Source: Opitutaceae bacterium
GTDB lineage: Bacteria > Verrucomicrobiota > Verrucomicrobiia > Opitutales > Coraliomargaritaceae
Length of the DNA: 64,000 nt
Direction of reading: 5' to 3'
NCBI GenBank assembly: GCA_051252375.1
Contig: JBPOFY010000004.1
Location: 32,001 to 96,000, forward strand
Below, piece after piece: positions 49,640-58,397 of the stretch. Both the position numbers and the translations under genes were made by a program. The number at the start of each line of letters is the position of its first letter. The stretch's first letter is position 1. A model generated the notes under the pieces. It was not told the origin of the DNA, ran no database searches, and worked only from the letters and a program-made list of their open reading frames with translations.

Positions 49640-51187
49640 CTACTTCCGCCCTGACTTATACTCCTTCAATAGTGCCGCCATCTGCTGCACGACTTCGGGG
49701 TAATCGTTGTAGAGGTTTTTCGTCTGGTTCATGTCGGCTTCGAGATCGTAGAGTTGCCCCTTCGGCGCACCTTTTTTGATTTTCCCTTTCACGATATCAC
49801 TATTCGGAGTGCCGACCAGTGTGGTGACAGCTGCACCGCCCCAAGCATGCTGATTGGGCTTCGAGCCTTTAAACCCACCATCACTCTGCGCGGGGATATA
49901 GATCCACTTGCCTTTACGAATCGCTGTATGTGAAGGCTTGTGCGGAGTAATAATCAACTCGGCTCGCAAGGGCTTATCCGGATCGCCAGTCAAGGCGGAG
50001 AGCATGTTAATGCTGTCCTTTTGCTCAGACTCTTCGAGTCCACGACCGCTGACTGCGGCAAAGGTTGCCAACATATCGGCATTGCTGAGTAGTTGATCGG
50101 AAACTGCGCCCGCCTCAATCTTACCGGGCCACCAGGCGATGAAAGGCACGCGATGCCCACCTTCCCAGATGCCAAACTTAGAGCCGAGTAAGTCGCCGTT
50201 AATTTTGTGACCCAACTCTGCCGCGCGGCGTCCACCGTGATTGAACATGCCACCATTATCACTGGTAAATATAATCAATGTGTTATCGAGCACACCCGCC
50301 TTTTCGAGGCTCTTGCGGACCTCGCCGACAATCCAGTCGAGCTCATGCGCAAAGTCACCGTAAGGACCTGCTTGGCTGCTGCCCTGAAACTGCTTCGCTG
50401 GCGTGAAGGGGTGATGCACATTGGTGGTCGCGAAATACAGGAAGAATGGTTTGCCGTTGCGGCTCTCAATCCAGCCAGTCGCCTTCTCAGTAAGCTTGGT
50501 GCCGACTTCATAATCGTTGAAGAGCTCATGCGCCTCCACCGCCCCACTGAATGCATTAGCCGAACGCTGAGCGGCTTCTTTAGGAATCGGTGTGATCGGA
50601 GTCGCACCCTTAACATTGCGACCGAGATAGACCAAGGGATCAGCCGGATCACTACCGACGATGCGGTCATTCTCCACATAAACGTAAGGTGGCGCACTAT
50701 TCACGACTGGCATGCCAAAGTAATAATCAAAACCGAGATCTTGCGGACCAGGGCTGAGCGGCTCCTGCCAGTCATTCTTACCTGACTTAAAGCCCAAGTG
50801 CCATTTGCCGAATGCCGCGGTATCATAACCTTGGCTTTTGAACACGTCCGCGATGGTCAGTGTCTCCGTGTCGATCAGCAACGGCGAAGTAATTGGCGCG
50901 GGACCCCAGATGCCTTTACCGCCATTGCCACGCAACGGATACTCCCCCGTCAACAAACCATAGCGCGAAGGCGTGCAAACTGCCGAAGATGAATGCGCAT
51001 CAGTGAAGCGTTTGCCCTCAGCAGCGAGTTGGTCGATATTGGGCGTTTGTAACTTCGTTGCACCGTAGCAACCCAGATCACCATAACCGAGGTCATCCGC
51101 AAAGATGAGGACGACATTCGGCTGTTTCGCAGTAAGAGTGGCGACTGCGAACAGGCCAAGTAAGATAGAGCTTATCGTTTTTTTCAT
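49640..51187 (-). CDS. Arylsulfatase-type sulfatase (S1)
   Basis: PNVVLIFADDLGYGD, CTPSRYGLLTG, GKWHLG, TSDNG and WEGGHRVP. Confidence 0.95.
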   Translation of the reverse strand: MKKTISSILLGLFAVATLTAKQPNVVLIFADDLGYGDLGCYGATKLQTPNIDQLAAEGKRFTDAHSSSAVCTPSRYGLLTGEYPLRGNGGKGIWGPAPITSPLLIDTETLTIADVFKSQGYDTAAFGKWHLGFKSGKNDWQEPLSPGPQDLGFDYYFGMPVVNSAPPYVYVENDRIVGSDPADPLVYLGRNVKGATPITPIPKEAAQRSANAFSGAVEAHELFNDYEVGTKLTEKATGWIESRNGKPFFLYFATTNVHHPFTPAKQFQGSSQAGPYGDFAHELDWIVGEVRKSLEKAGVLDNTLIIFTSDNGGMFNHGGRRAAELGHKINGDLLGSKFGIWEGGHRVPFIAWWPGKIEAGAVSDQLLSNADMLATFAAVSGRGLEESEQKDSINMLSALTGDPDKPLRAELIITPHKPSHTAIRKGKWIYIPAQSDGGFKGSKPNQHAWGGAAVTTLVGTPNSDIVKGKIKKGAPKGQLYDLEADMNQTKNLYNDYPEVVQQMAALLKEYKSGRK

Positions 51188-51259
51188 AGTGTGTATCTTG
51201 CGTTTATTTTTCAGGCGCCACGGCATTATGTAATTCACTGTTGGAGTAATCGACCAGCG

Positions 51260-52930
51260 TTAATTCACAACGTAAGCGTCCCAAAAGCCTCGAACCGTGC
51301 TCAGACCTGCCGACTCATCTGCTAAATCGAAAATCCACATGGCTTCCACGGTGTCCGAAAAGTCGACGCCGCCATTGTTCAGAACTTTTCCCCAGTAAGA
51401 GGAACCATCGACGATCTCCTTGGCCAAGGTCCATAGCTCTCTTGAATGTGCATTGGGATTATTCGGACTAATTGCTTCCGGCAAATATTGAGTATCCGCA
51501 TTCTTGTAGTTGGGGGTCTTCGGACCACGGCTTGGTTTGGCGCCGTATTCATTGTTGCCATCATCAAGCTGCACGTAGGTCATGATCGAGGGGTTGTTGA
51601 TATAGTCCCAATCATTTTTGCCGTCACTAAAGGTCAGTCCTCCGAAGCCAGCAGTGTGCTTCTCATTCCAGGTGCTATGTTGGACGAGTATGACGTTCGT
51701 GGCGGTGTTAGTCACTCCATCCGCAATGAGTTTCTCGACCCAGTCTGCGGTCATATCGGATTGCCCCGCATCCATAACAAATACTCGTCCGCCAGCTTGT
51801 AGGATCGGCTTGGCTTTTTCTTTCACAACCTCCGAGGCGAAGTCCATCTGCGCAATGCGCTCCGGCGAGCGGACTACATGACCGTCTGCATTGGCTCCAT
51901 AGATGATGCGCTCGTGTGCATTCACCCAACGTGCCTGTGCGCGCTCCGCCGCCGTATCCGAAGGCAACGCTTCAGCGCCAAAGGCGAGGTTAAACAAGCG
52001 ACGCGAGTCGATATACTTGAATCGGCTGTTCTTCACTTGCACGCCATAGGCTCCGGCCACAGCAAAGTAGTTCACGCCCTCAAAATGTGGATGTGCTAAC
52101 AAACTACCGACTGCCGCTTGCGAGTGGATATCATCCGAATCGGGAAGACTATCGAACTGAGCGATGAAGAGATCTTTCTCTTTGTTGAAACGATTCAGAT
52201 CTCGGGACGCCTTAGGCTTTGGGCCCTTAGGCGCTAGGTCCTTAGGCTTCAAAGCTTCACGACTTTTTTCAATCGCAGAAGCCGGAACTTCTTTATGTCG
52301 AAACACCAGACGATCTACTTTGAAATACTGCGAGCGCCCCGAGATAACCAGCTTATAGGTCTCCCCTGCTTTGAAATCATAAATAGCAACCCGCTTGTTA
52401 TTGTGCCCTCCCGGGTCCAAGCGGTTGCCGGTGGCCCACTCAAATTTCTTATCCGCCCCACCGAAAAATTTAGTGTCTGCCTGAAGCATCGCCAACGGCG
52501 CATCTTTCTTATGCTGATCGCCGGCATTAGGCCCCGCGCCAAAATCGCCTTCAACTCGGACGTAGCAATCATTGGCAATGTCAGATCGCTTCTCACCCTT
52601 AATCTCCAAGACCTCCTTAGCGCAACGTAAGTGCAGGTAATAGAGCCCACCCTTGTTGATTTTGAATCGGTATTCTAAAGGAGATTTCGGACTACCGCTA
52701 ATCGGCGAGTTGCCGGTAAATTCTAAATAACCATCGCCACTGTAAGCATTGTTCAGCTCCGTGCGCTTCAGCTCCCACTGCCCGAGCCGCGAATCAGTGT
52801 CTTCGAGCTCGATAGATACTAGGCCATTCGTTTCCTCATGAACTGCGTGAGCGTTCAGAGCCGTAATACAAGATACTGCAGTGATGAATATGAGCTTTCT
52901 CAATTTGGGATATAGGAATGATGGGGTCAT
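51260..52930 (-). CDS. Secreted hypothetical protein: N-terminal CBM-like beta-sandwich plus C-terminal domain with a nucleoside-hydrolase-like acidic motif
   Basis: Start ATG 52930 with signal peptide. GLVSIELED...SGDGYL...YRFKINKGGLYYLHLR...DRL, then FDSLPDSDDIHS...AGQSD...QHSTWNE...GGVDFSD. Confidence 0.65.
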   Translation of the reverse strand: MTPSFLYPKLRKLIFITAVSCITALNAHAVHEETNGLVSIELEDTDSRLGQWELKRTELNNAYSGDGYLEFTGNSPISGSPKSPLEYRFKINKGGLYYLHLRCAKEVLEIKGEKRSDIANDCYVRVEGDFGAGPNAGDQHKKDAPLAMLQADTKFFGGADKKFEWATGNRLDPGGHNNKRVAIYDFKAGETYKLVISGRSQYFKVDRLVFRHKEVPASAIEKSREALKPKDLAPKGPKPKASRDLNRFNKEKDLFIAQFDSLPDSDDIHSQAAVGSLLAHPHFEGVNYFAVAGAYGVQVKNSRFKYIDSRRLFNLAFGAEALPSDTAAERAQARWVNAHERIIYGANADGHVVRSPERIAQMDFASEVVKEKAKPILQAGGRVFVMDAGQSDMTADWVEKLIADGVTNTATNVILVQHSTWNEKHTAGFGGLTFSDGKNDWDYINNPSIMTYVQLDDGNNEYGAKPSRGPKTPNYKNADTQYLPEAISPNNPNAHSRELWTLAKEIVDGSSYWGKVLNNGGVDFSDTVEAMWIFDLADESAGLSTVRGFWDAYVVN

Positions 52931-52946
52931 TGTATCGTGGGTTATT

Positions 52947-54368
52947 TTATTTCTTTTTCTTCTTAGCCGAGCCTGCTGTGGCTGGACCATAATCAGCTTC
53001 ATTTGAAAGTGTTCGTCTTGCGGCTCCAAATGTCCGAGCGTTTGCACCGAAAACATCGTGATCCCCGACGTCTTTGCGAGCCAACTCTGCGAGCTTCATT
53101 AACTCCGCGACAATTTCCGGATGTTGGGCAGCCACATCAGTGCTTTCACCAATATCCATGTCCAAATTATAAAGGCGTGCGGACTCCATGCGAATCGCAT
53201 CAGTCTTCTTAATATGGTTTTTCCACTTAGTCGCGATACTTCCCTTCTCCGGCTCAGTGTGTGGCAGCATCAATTTCCATTTGCCGGAACGGACCGCGCG
53301 CAGGCAGTCGTGTTGATAGTAGAAATAGTTTCGGTCGAGCGTATCGATCTCGCCATGGATCAGCTCAGTAATGTCGACACCGTCGATCACACGATCTGTC
53401 GGCGCGGATGTCCCAGCGAGTTTAGCGAGCGTTGGCATCAAATCGATCGTGGCTGCGATGGCATCTGACTCAGTTCCCGCAGGCACTTTACCAGGGGCGC
53501 GGATAATGCAAGGCACACGCAGCCCTCCCTCCCAGCAACTGGTCTTCGCGCCACGCAATGGTTCAGCATGACCACCGTGGTCTTTCCGTATCCACCAAGG
53601 ACCGTTGTCGCTGGTAAAAATGATGTATGTGTTCTCATCGAGTCCGAGCTCACTGACTTTATCTAGGACACGACCCACATTGTAATCGAGTTCCTCAATC
53701 ACATCGCCGTAGAGACCACCCTCCGACTTGCCTTTGAAGTCAGCCGACGCAGCCAGCTTGGTGTGCGGCATCGTATGCGGAAGATAAACAAAGAATGGCC
53801 CTTCCTGATTAGCCTCAATAAAAGCCAGCGCCTCATCGGTATAGCGTCGGGTCAGCGTGGTCATGTCGGCCTGCTTATCGATCATCTCCGTGCCACGAAT
53901 GAGCGTCACGATACGGTCATTACTACTGGGCGTTCCGAAAAAGGTATCGAAGCCCTGATGCGTCGGCAACAACGCCTCCTTATAATGCGCTGGATTGTGC
54001 CCGGCTAAATCCCACTTGCCGAATGCTCCAGTCGCGTAGCCCTGCTCTTTCAGCACCTCGGCGATCGTGATTTCGTCCGTGTGTAACTCCGGATGAATCG
54101 AATTGGGGTCGTCCTGCCGCGCAAAACGTATCGGATAGCAACCCGTCATCAAGGCACCGCGTGATGGCCCGCAAACCGTCTGCGCGTAGAAGTTAGTGAA
54201 GCGCATTCCCTCCTCCGCCATGCGATCGATACGCGGCGTTTTAATATCTGGCGAGCCGTAGCAGCCTAAATCCTGATAGCCTTGGTCATCGGTGAAGATG
54301 ACAATGAAATTAGGTTTTGCCGCAAAAGCGCTGATGGGCAGCAATAAAGCTAGGAGCAGATATTTCAT
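52947..54368 (-). CDS. Sulfatase (S1)
   Basis: PNFIVIFTDDQGYQD, CGPSRGALMTG, GKWDL, TSDNGP and WEGGLRVP. Confidence 0.95.
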   Translation of the reverse strand: MKYLLLALLLPISAFAAKPNFIVIFTDDQGYQDLGCYGSPDIKTPRIDRMAEEGMRFTNFYAQTVCGPSRGALMTGCYPIRFARQDDPNSIHPELHTDEITIAEVLKEQGYATGAFGKWDLAGHNPAHYKEALLPTHQGFDTFFGTPSSNDRIVTLIRGTEMIDKQADMTTLTRRYTDEALAFIEANQEGPFFVYLPHTMPHTKLAASADFKGKSEGGLYGDVIEELDYNVGRVLDKVSELGLDENTYIIFTSDNGPWWIRKDHGGHAEPLRGAKTSCWEGGLRVPCIIRAPGKVPAGTESDAIAATIDLMPTLAKLAGTSAPTDRVIDGVDITELIHGEIDTLDRNYFYYQHDCLRAVRSGKWKLMLPHTEPEKGSIATKWKNHIKKTDAIRMESARLYNLDMDIGESTDVAAQHPEIVAELMKLAELARKDVGDHDVFGANARTFGAARRTLSNEADYGPATAGSAKKKKK

Positions 54369-54402
54369 TCTAAGGGGCATGGGGTTGGTTCCTTCCAGTC
54401 TT

Positions 54403-55788
54403 TTACTTCATACTCAATGGCACTGGATTCTCAACAGAACCTGCGGGTCGTTCGTGGGTCGACATATCCTTTTCGAATCCCTGCATCGCAATCTTAAGCT
54501 GTTGAACGATCTCGGGGTGATTCGCCGCGACGTTCTTCTTCTCGCCAATATCATCGTCCAAATTATAGAGCGCCTCTTTGCCATCGACGATGCGCAACTT
54601 CCAAGACTTCCAGCGCGCACCTTCAAGAACACCCCAGTGAGCGTAGAAAAAATACTCGTGCGGGCTATCTGCGCCGCCGGCGATTGCAGGCATGATGTCT
54701 TTACCATCGATCACGAGATCGTCTGGAAGCTTCGCACCGCTGAGCTTTGCAAAGGTGGGCAGCACGTCCATCGCCGTGAGAATTTTGTCATTCTCGATAC
54801 CAGCAGGAATTCCTTTCGGCCAGCGGATCACGGTGGGCACGCGTTGACCGCCCTCCAAAGTGCTCCCCTTCTTGCCACTCAAAGGTTTGGCGGAACCTTT
54901 GCTGGGACCGTTATCGGCAGTGAAAAGCACGATGGTGTTTTCATCGATCCCCTCCTCCTTGAGAGTCTTTAAGATTTCACCGACCGACCAATCGATTTCA
55001 TAAATCGTGGTAGGGAAAATACCAGGTTTACCCGCGCCATTTGTTTTAAGCTGCTGGGCATATTCCTTTTTGATTTCAGGAGATGCCGCTAAGGGTCCGT
55101 GTGGCAATGGGTGCGCCACATAAAGGAAGAAGTTCTCGTCTTTGTTTCGTTTGATAAAGTCGACCGCACGCTCGGTGATACGCCGAGTCAGGAAGTCTGC
55201 ATTCGGCTCCATCTCGATGACGGTTTCACCTTCCAGCAATGGCAGTGGTGGAAAGTTAAAAAACTTCTGCCTCGGGTGCTTCGGGTGAATGTCATGACTG
55301 TAGGGAATTCCAAAGTATTCTTCAAAGCCCTGACGAGTCGGCAAAAACTCAGGCTGGTCGCCCAAGTGCCACTTGCCAAACATGGCCGTCTTGTAGCCTG
55401 CGGACTGCGCGACTTCGGCAATGGTCAACTCTTTGGGATTCAGCCCCCTTCCATCGCCCGCCAAACACACGGGGAATTTCTTACCCGCTGGAATGTGCTT
55501 CATCTTAATCTCGAGCGATGACGGCACATCCATATCAATCCGAGCCGGGTAGCAACCCGTCATCAGCGCCGCGCGTGAGGGCGTGCAGAGTGGAGCGGCC
55601 ACGTAGAAACTAGTCAGACGTGCGCCTTCCTTTGCCATCTGATCGATGTTCGGCGTATAGACATGCTTGCCACCGAAGCAGCTCAGGTCGGCATAGCCTT
55701 GGTCATCAGTGAAGATGATGATAAAATTGGGTTTGGCTGCCGACAGACACAGTGGCAACAAGAGTAACGCTAATGTAATGTATTTCAT
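54403..55788 (-). CDS. Sulfatase (S1)
   Basis: PNFIIIFTDDQGYAD, CTPSRAALMTG, GKWHLG, TADNGP and EGGQRVP. Confidence 0.95.
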   Translation of the reverse strand: MKYITLALLLLPLCLSAAKPNFIIIFTDDQGYADLSCFGGKHVYTPNIDQMAKEGARLTSFYVAAPLCTPSRAALMTGCYPARIDMDVPSSLEIKMKHIPAGKKFPVCLAGDGRGLNPKELTIAEVAQSAGYKTAMFGKWHLGDQPEFLPTRQGFEEYFGIPYSHDIHPKHPRQKFFNFPPLPLLEGETVIEMEPNADFLTRRITERAVDFIKRNKDENFFLYVAHPLPHGPLAASPEIKKEYAQQLKTNGAGKPGIFPTTIYEIDWSVGEILKTLKEEGIDENTIVLFTADNGPSKGSAKPLSGKKGSTLEGGQRVPTVIRWPKGIPAGIENDKILTAMDVLPTFAKLSGAKLPDDLVIDGKDIMPAIAGGADSPHEYFFYAHWGVLEGARWKSWKLRIVDGKEALYNLDDDIGEKKNVAANHPEIVQQLKIAMQGFEKDMSTHERPAGSVENPVPLSMK

Positions 55789-55801
55789 TTTCCTTTATAG
55801 A

Positions 55802-57328
55802 TTATTTGTTTCCCTTGCCTGCCTTAACACCGATTTTAACCGATATATCATTGGGCTGTTTCGCTCCTGGCGTGCTACGACCAGTCGCCGCGTATTGTTG
55901 GAGTAACTTGGTCAAGCGTTCGACGACTTCTGGGTTGGACTGAGCGAGGTTGTTGGTTTCTCCAAGATCTTGCTTCAAGTTATATAGCTGAGGGGAAGAT
56001 TTATCGCCATTCTCATCAATCCCAGATCCCCCACTACCGGAGCATAGGGCTAGTTTCCAGTCGCCCTGCCTGATCGCAAACGCACCCTTAAATGAATGGT
56101 GCACCACCGCTTCTCGAAGTGGTGCGGTGTCCGTGCCCAATATGGCAGGCAGGATACTGACACTGTCTTCTGCTTCGGTGTCAGGCAATTCCGCGCCGAG
56201 CATCTCCGCGCAGGTAGCCATCAAATCAGTTAAGCATGTGAGCTGAGCACTCTCACTCCCAGCTTTCACCTTAGCAGGCCAGCGCACGATGAACGGCACT
56301 CGGTGACCGCCTTCCCAAATTTGCGTTTTGTAGCCGCGAAACTGCGCACTTGGAAAGTGCCCAATCGCTTCCATTTCTTTCACCCCGACATAGGGTGCAC
56401 AGCCATTGTCGCTCGTCACGATGATCATCGTATTCTCAGCCAAACCATTGGCGTCGACCGCCTTCATCACTTCGCCCACGGCCCAATCCGTTTGCATCAC
56501 GAAATCACCATACGCTCCCATGCCGCTCTTCCCTTGCCATTCCTTAGAAGGCACCACCGGCGTGTGAGGTGAAGGTAAGGCCAAATAAATAAAGAATGGC
56601 TTTTCCTCTGCCGCGCGCTGACCGATATACTCGACGGTCTTCTCAGCCAGATCTGGCAGCACATTCACCGCATCAAAATCAGGTGCCGAAGGTCCCATTC
56701 GAGCGGGCCCTTTGGTCTTCACTTTCCCGTAGCTGAACGAAGGAAAACTCTTCTTCTCGCTGGGAACTTGCGTGAATCGATCATTCTCGATGTAGGCATA
56801 GGGTGGCATATCCAATGAAGCAGAAATACCAAAGTAATAGTCGAACCCGTGTTGCAGAGGACCGTCAGTCACTGGCTGGGTGTAATCTTTCGAGTTGAAT
56901 TTCATACCCAGGTGCCATTTGCCGATGGCGGCAGTCGTGTAACCATTTTGCTGAAGTAATTCCGCCACAGTCAGACGCTTTTGCGCAATCATCGGCGCAC
57001 TCATCCCACTTAAGACACCTTTCGCTTTCTTTCGCCAAGCATAGCGACCAGTAAGAATGCCATAACGCGTCGGTGTGCAAACTGATGAATTACTATGGCA
57101 ATCGCTAAAAGCCATCCCCTCAGCCCGTAAACGATCCATATACGGCGTCGCTATCTTGCCTCGCTCAGAATTGAGACTCTGGACATCACCGTAACCAAGA
57201 TCATCGGCTAGGATATAAATAATGTTCGGCCTACCCTGAGCTTGTCGAAGTGGCTCCTCCTCATTCGCCCAAGTCACAAGGCTCGAGGCAAGTAATAGGA
57301 TAAAAAGAGTCGTATTTTTTATATGCAT
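55802..57328 (-). CDS. Arylsulfatase-type sulfatase (S1)
   Basis: PNIIYILADDLGYGD, CTPTRYGILTG, GKWHLG, TSDNG and WEGGHRVP. Confidence 0.95.
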   Translation of the reverse strand: MHIKNTTLFILLLASSLVTWANEEEPLRQAQGRPNIIYILADDLGYGDVQSLNSERGKIATPYMDRLRAEGMAFSDCHSNSSVCTPTRYGILTGRYAWRKKAKGVLSGMSAPMIAQKRLTVAELLQQNGYTTAAIGKWHLGMKFNSKDYTQPVTDGPLQHGFDYYFGISASLDMPPYAYIENDRFTQVPSEKKSFPSFSYGKVKTKGPARMGPSAPDFDAVNVLPDLAEKTVEYIGQRAAEEKPFFIYLALPSPHTPVVPSKEWQGKSGMGAYGDFVMQTDWAVGEVMKAVDANGLAENTMIIVTSDNGCAPYVGVKEMEAIGHFPSAQFRGYKTQIWEGGHRVPFIVRWPAKVKAGSESAQLTCLTDLMATCAEMLGAELPDTEAEDSVSILPAILGTDTAPLREAVVHHSFKGAFAIRQGDWKLALCSGSGGSGIDENGDKSSPQLYNLKQDLGETNNLAQSNPEVVERLTKLLQQYAATGRSTPGAKQPNDISVKIGVKAGKGNK

Positions 57329-57480
57329 TGGATTGGGGAAAGAACACTGCTATTTGCGGCGGGGTATCATCATCTAATTCTTAACTATCAGCAGTATACC
57401 TTAATAAGTTTCGACGCGCTATCACTGATATACGGTATACAGAACCAATGATGCGAATACTCGTCCATCCCCCGAGGAAA

Positions 57481-58392
57481 TCATTTACGCTTTTTCATCC
57501 AATTAGGCTGATTCAAATTGCCGGGGTAAGAACTGGCTGGCTGATCACTGCCTTGCTGATCCCAATCGCCTAGCTCCGCGCGGGTTTCTGCCGCAAACTT
57601 CTGTAGCGCCTCAGTATACTCTGGATTCTCCTTTGTGACATCACGCGCTTCCGCGACATCATCGGAAAGATTATAGAGAACGAGGTGATCCAGTAAGATA
57701 TTTGGCTTCGACCCAGCCACTTTGCTAACGCTGCTTTTCTTTTCTAATACAGGTGCGACTGTTTTAGCGATCACGCCCGCACCATCCGCATTAGGATGTA
57801 TACCATCTGGAAATAGTTCCTCTCTCGCGCTTAATGCTGTGTATAAATCGATGACTTCGACGCCTGCTTGACGCGCCACCTCTGTCACCAAAGGCATGAC
57901 ATCGTTCACCAGAACAGCATTCGTCATCCCTTTATGCTCAGCGTATATGGGAGCCGAATAGCAGATCCAGACTTTAGGTTTACTTTCTAGGTTTTGAAAC
58001 GTGTGAATCAAATCCACGTAATCGGCAACAAACTCCGACTTATGTTTTCCAATGTTTTGAGGTCTGGTATCGTTCGTGCCCAACTTGATGATCACGACAT
58101 CCGGCATAAACTTCTGCGCAGCCTTAAATTGCGGTGCTTTCCAATAAGGCGCGTGTCCCTTTTTTAATACCGTTGCACCATTTTTACCGAAGTTACCGAC
58201 GAGCCACTGGTCACCTAACAAGCCCTGAAGCTGCGCGGGATAGCTCTGCTGATCCCGCTTATCGATACCAAAGCCATAAGTGATGCTGTCGCCGACACAG
58301 GCAACGCGTATCGGATCACCCGCATGGACATCCGCGCAGCAGGCCAGCAGCAATAGGCTGGCTTGGAAGATTTTTTTCAAAGACCAATGCAT
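57481..58392 (-). CDS. SGNH/GDSL acetylesterase fused to a vestigial sulfatase tail
   Basis: VACVGDSITYG, NFGKNG, KLGTND and DGIHP motifs. Then KPNILL is joined directly to LYNLSDDVAEARDV..ENPE. Confidence 0.88.
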   Translation of the reverse strand: MHWSLKKIFQASLLLLACCADVHAGDPIRVACVGDSITYGFGIDKRDQQSYPAQLQGLLGDQWLVGNFGKNGATVLKKGHAPYWKAPQFKAAQKFMPDVVIIKLGTNDTRPQNIGKHKSEFVADYVDLIHTFQNLESKPKVWICYSAPIYAEHKGMTNAVLVNDVMPLVTEVARQAGVEVIDLYTALSAREELFPDGIHPNADGAGVIAKTVAPVLEKKSSVSKVAGSKPNILLDHLVLYNLSDDVAEARDVTKENPEYTEALQKFAAETRAELGDWDQQGSDQPASSYPGNLNQPNWMKKRK

Positions 58393-58397
58393 AATTT

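Noticed and set aside
52931..53056. 5' extension of ORF 51260..53056 overlapping the upstream sulfatase
   Set aside because: ATG 52930 gives a signal peptide and removes the overlap.
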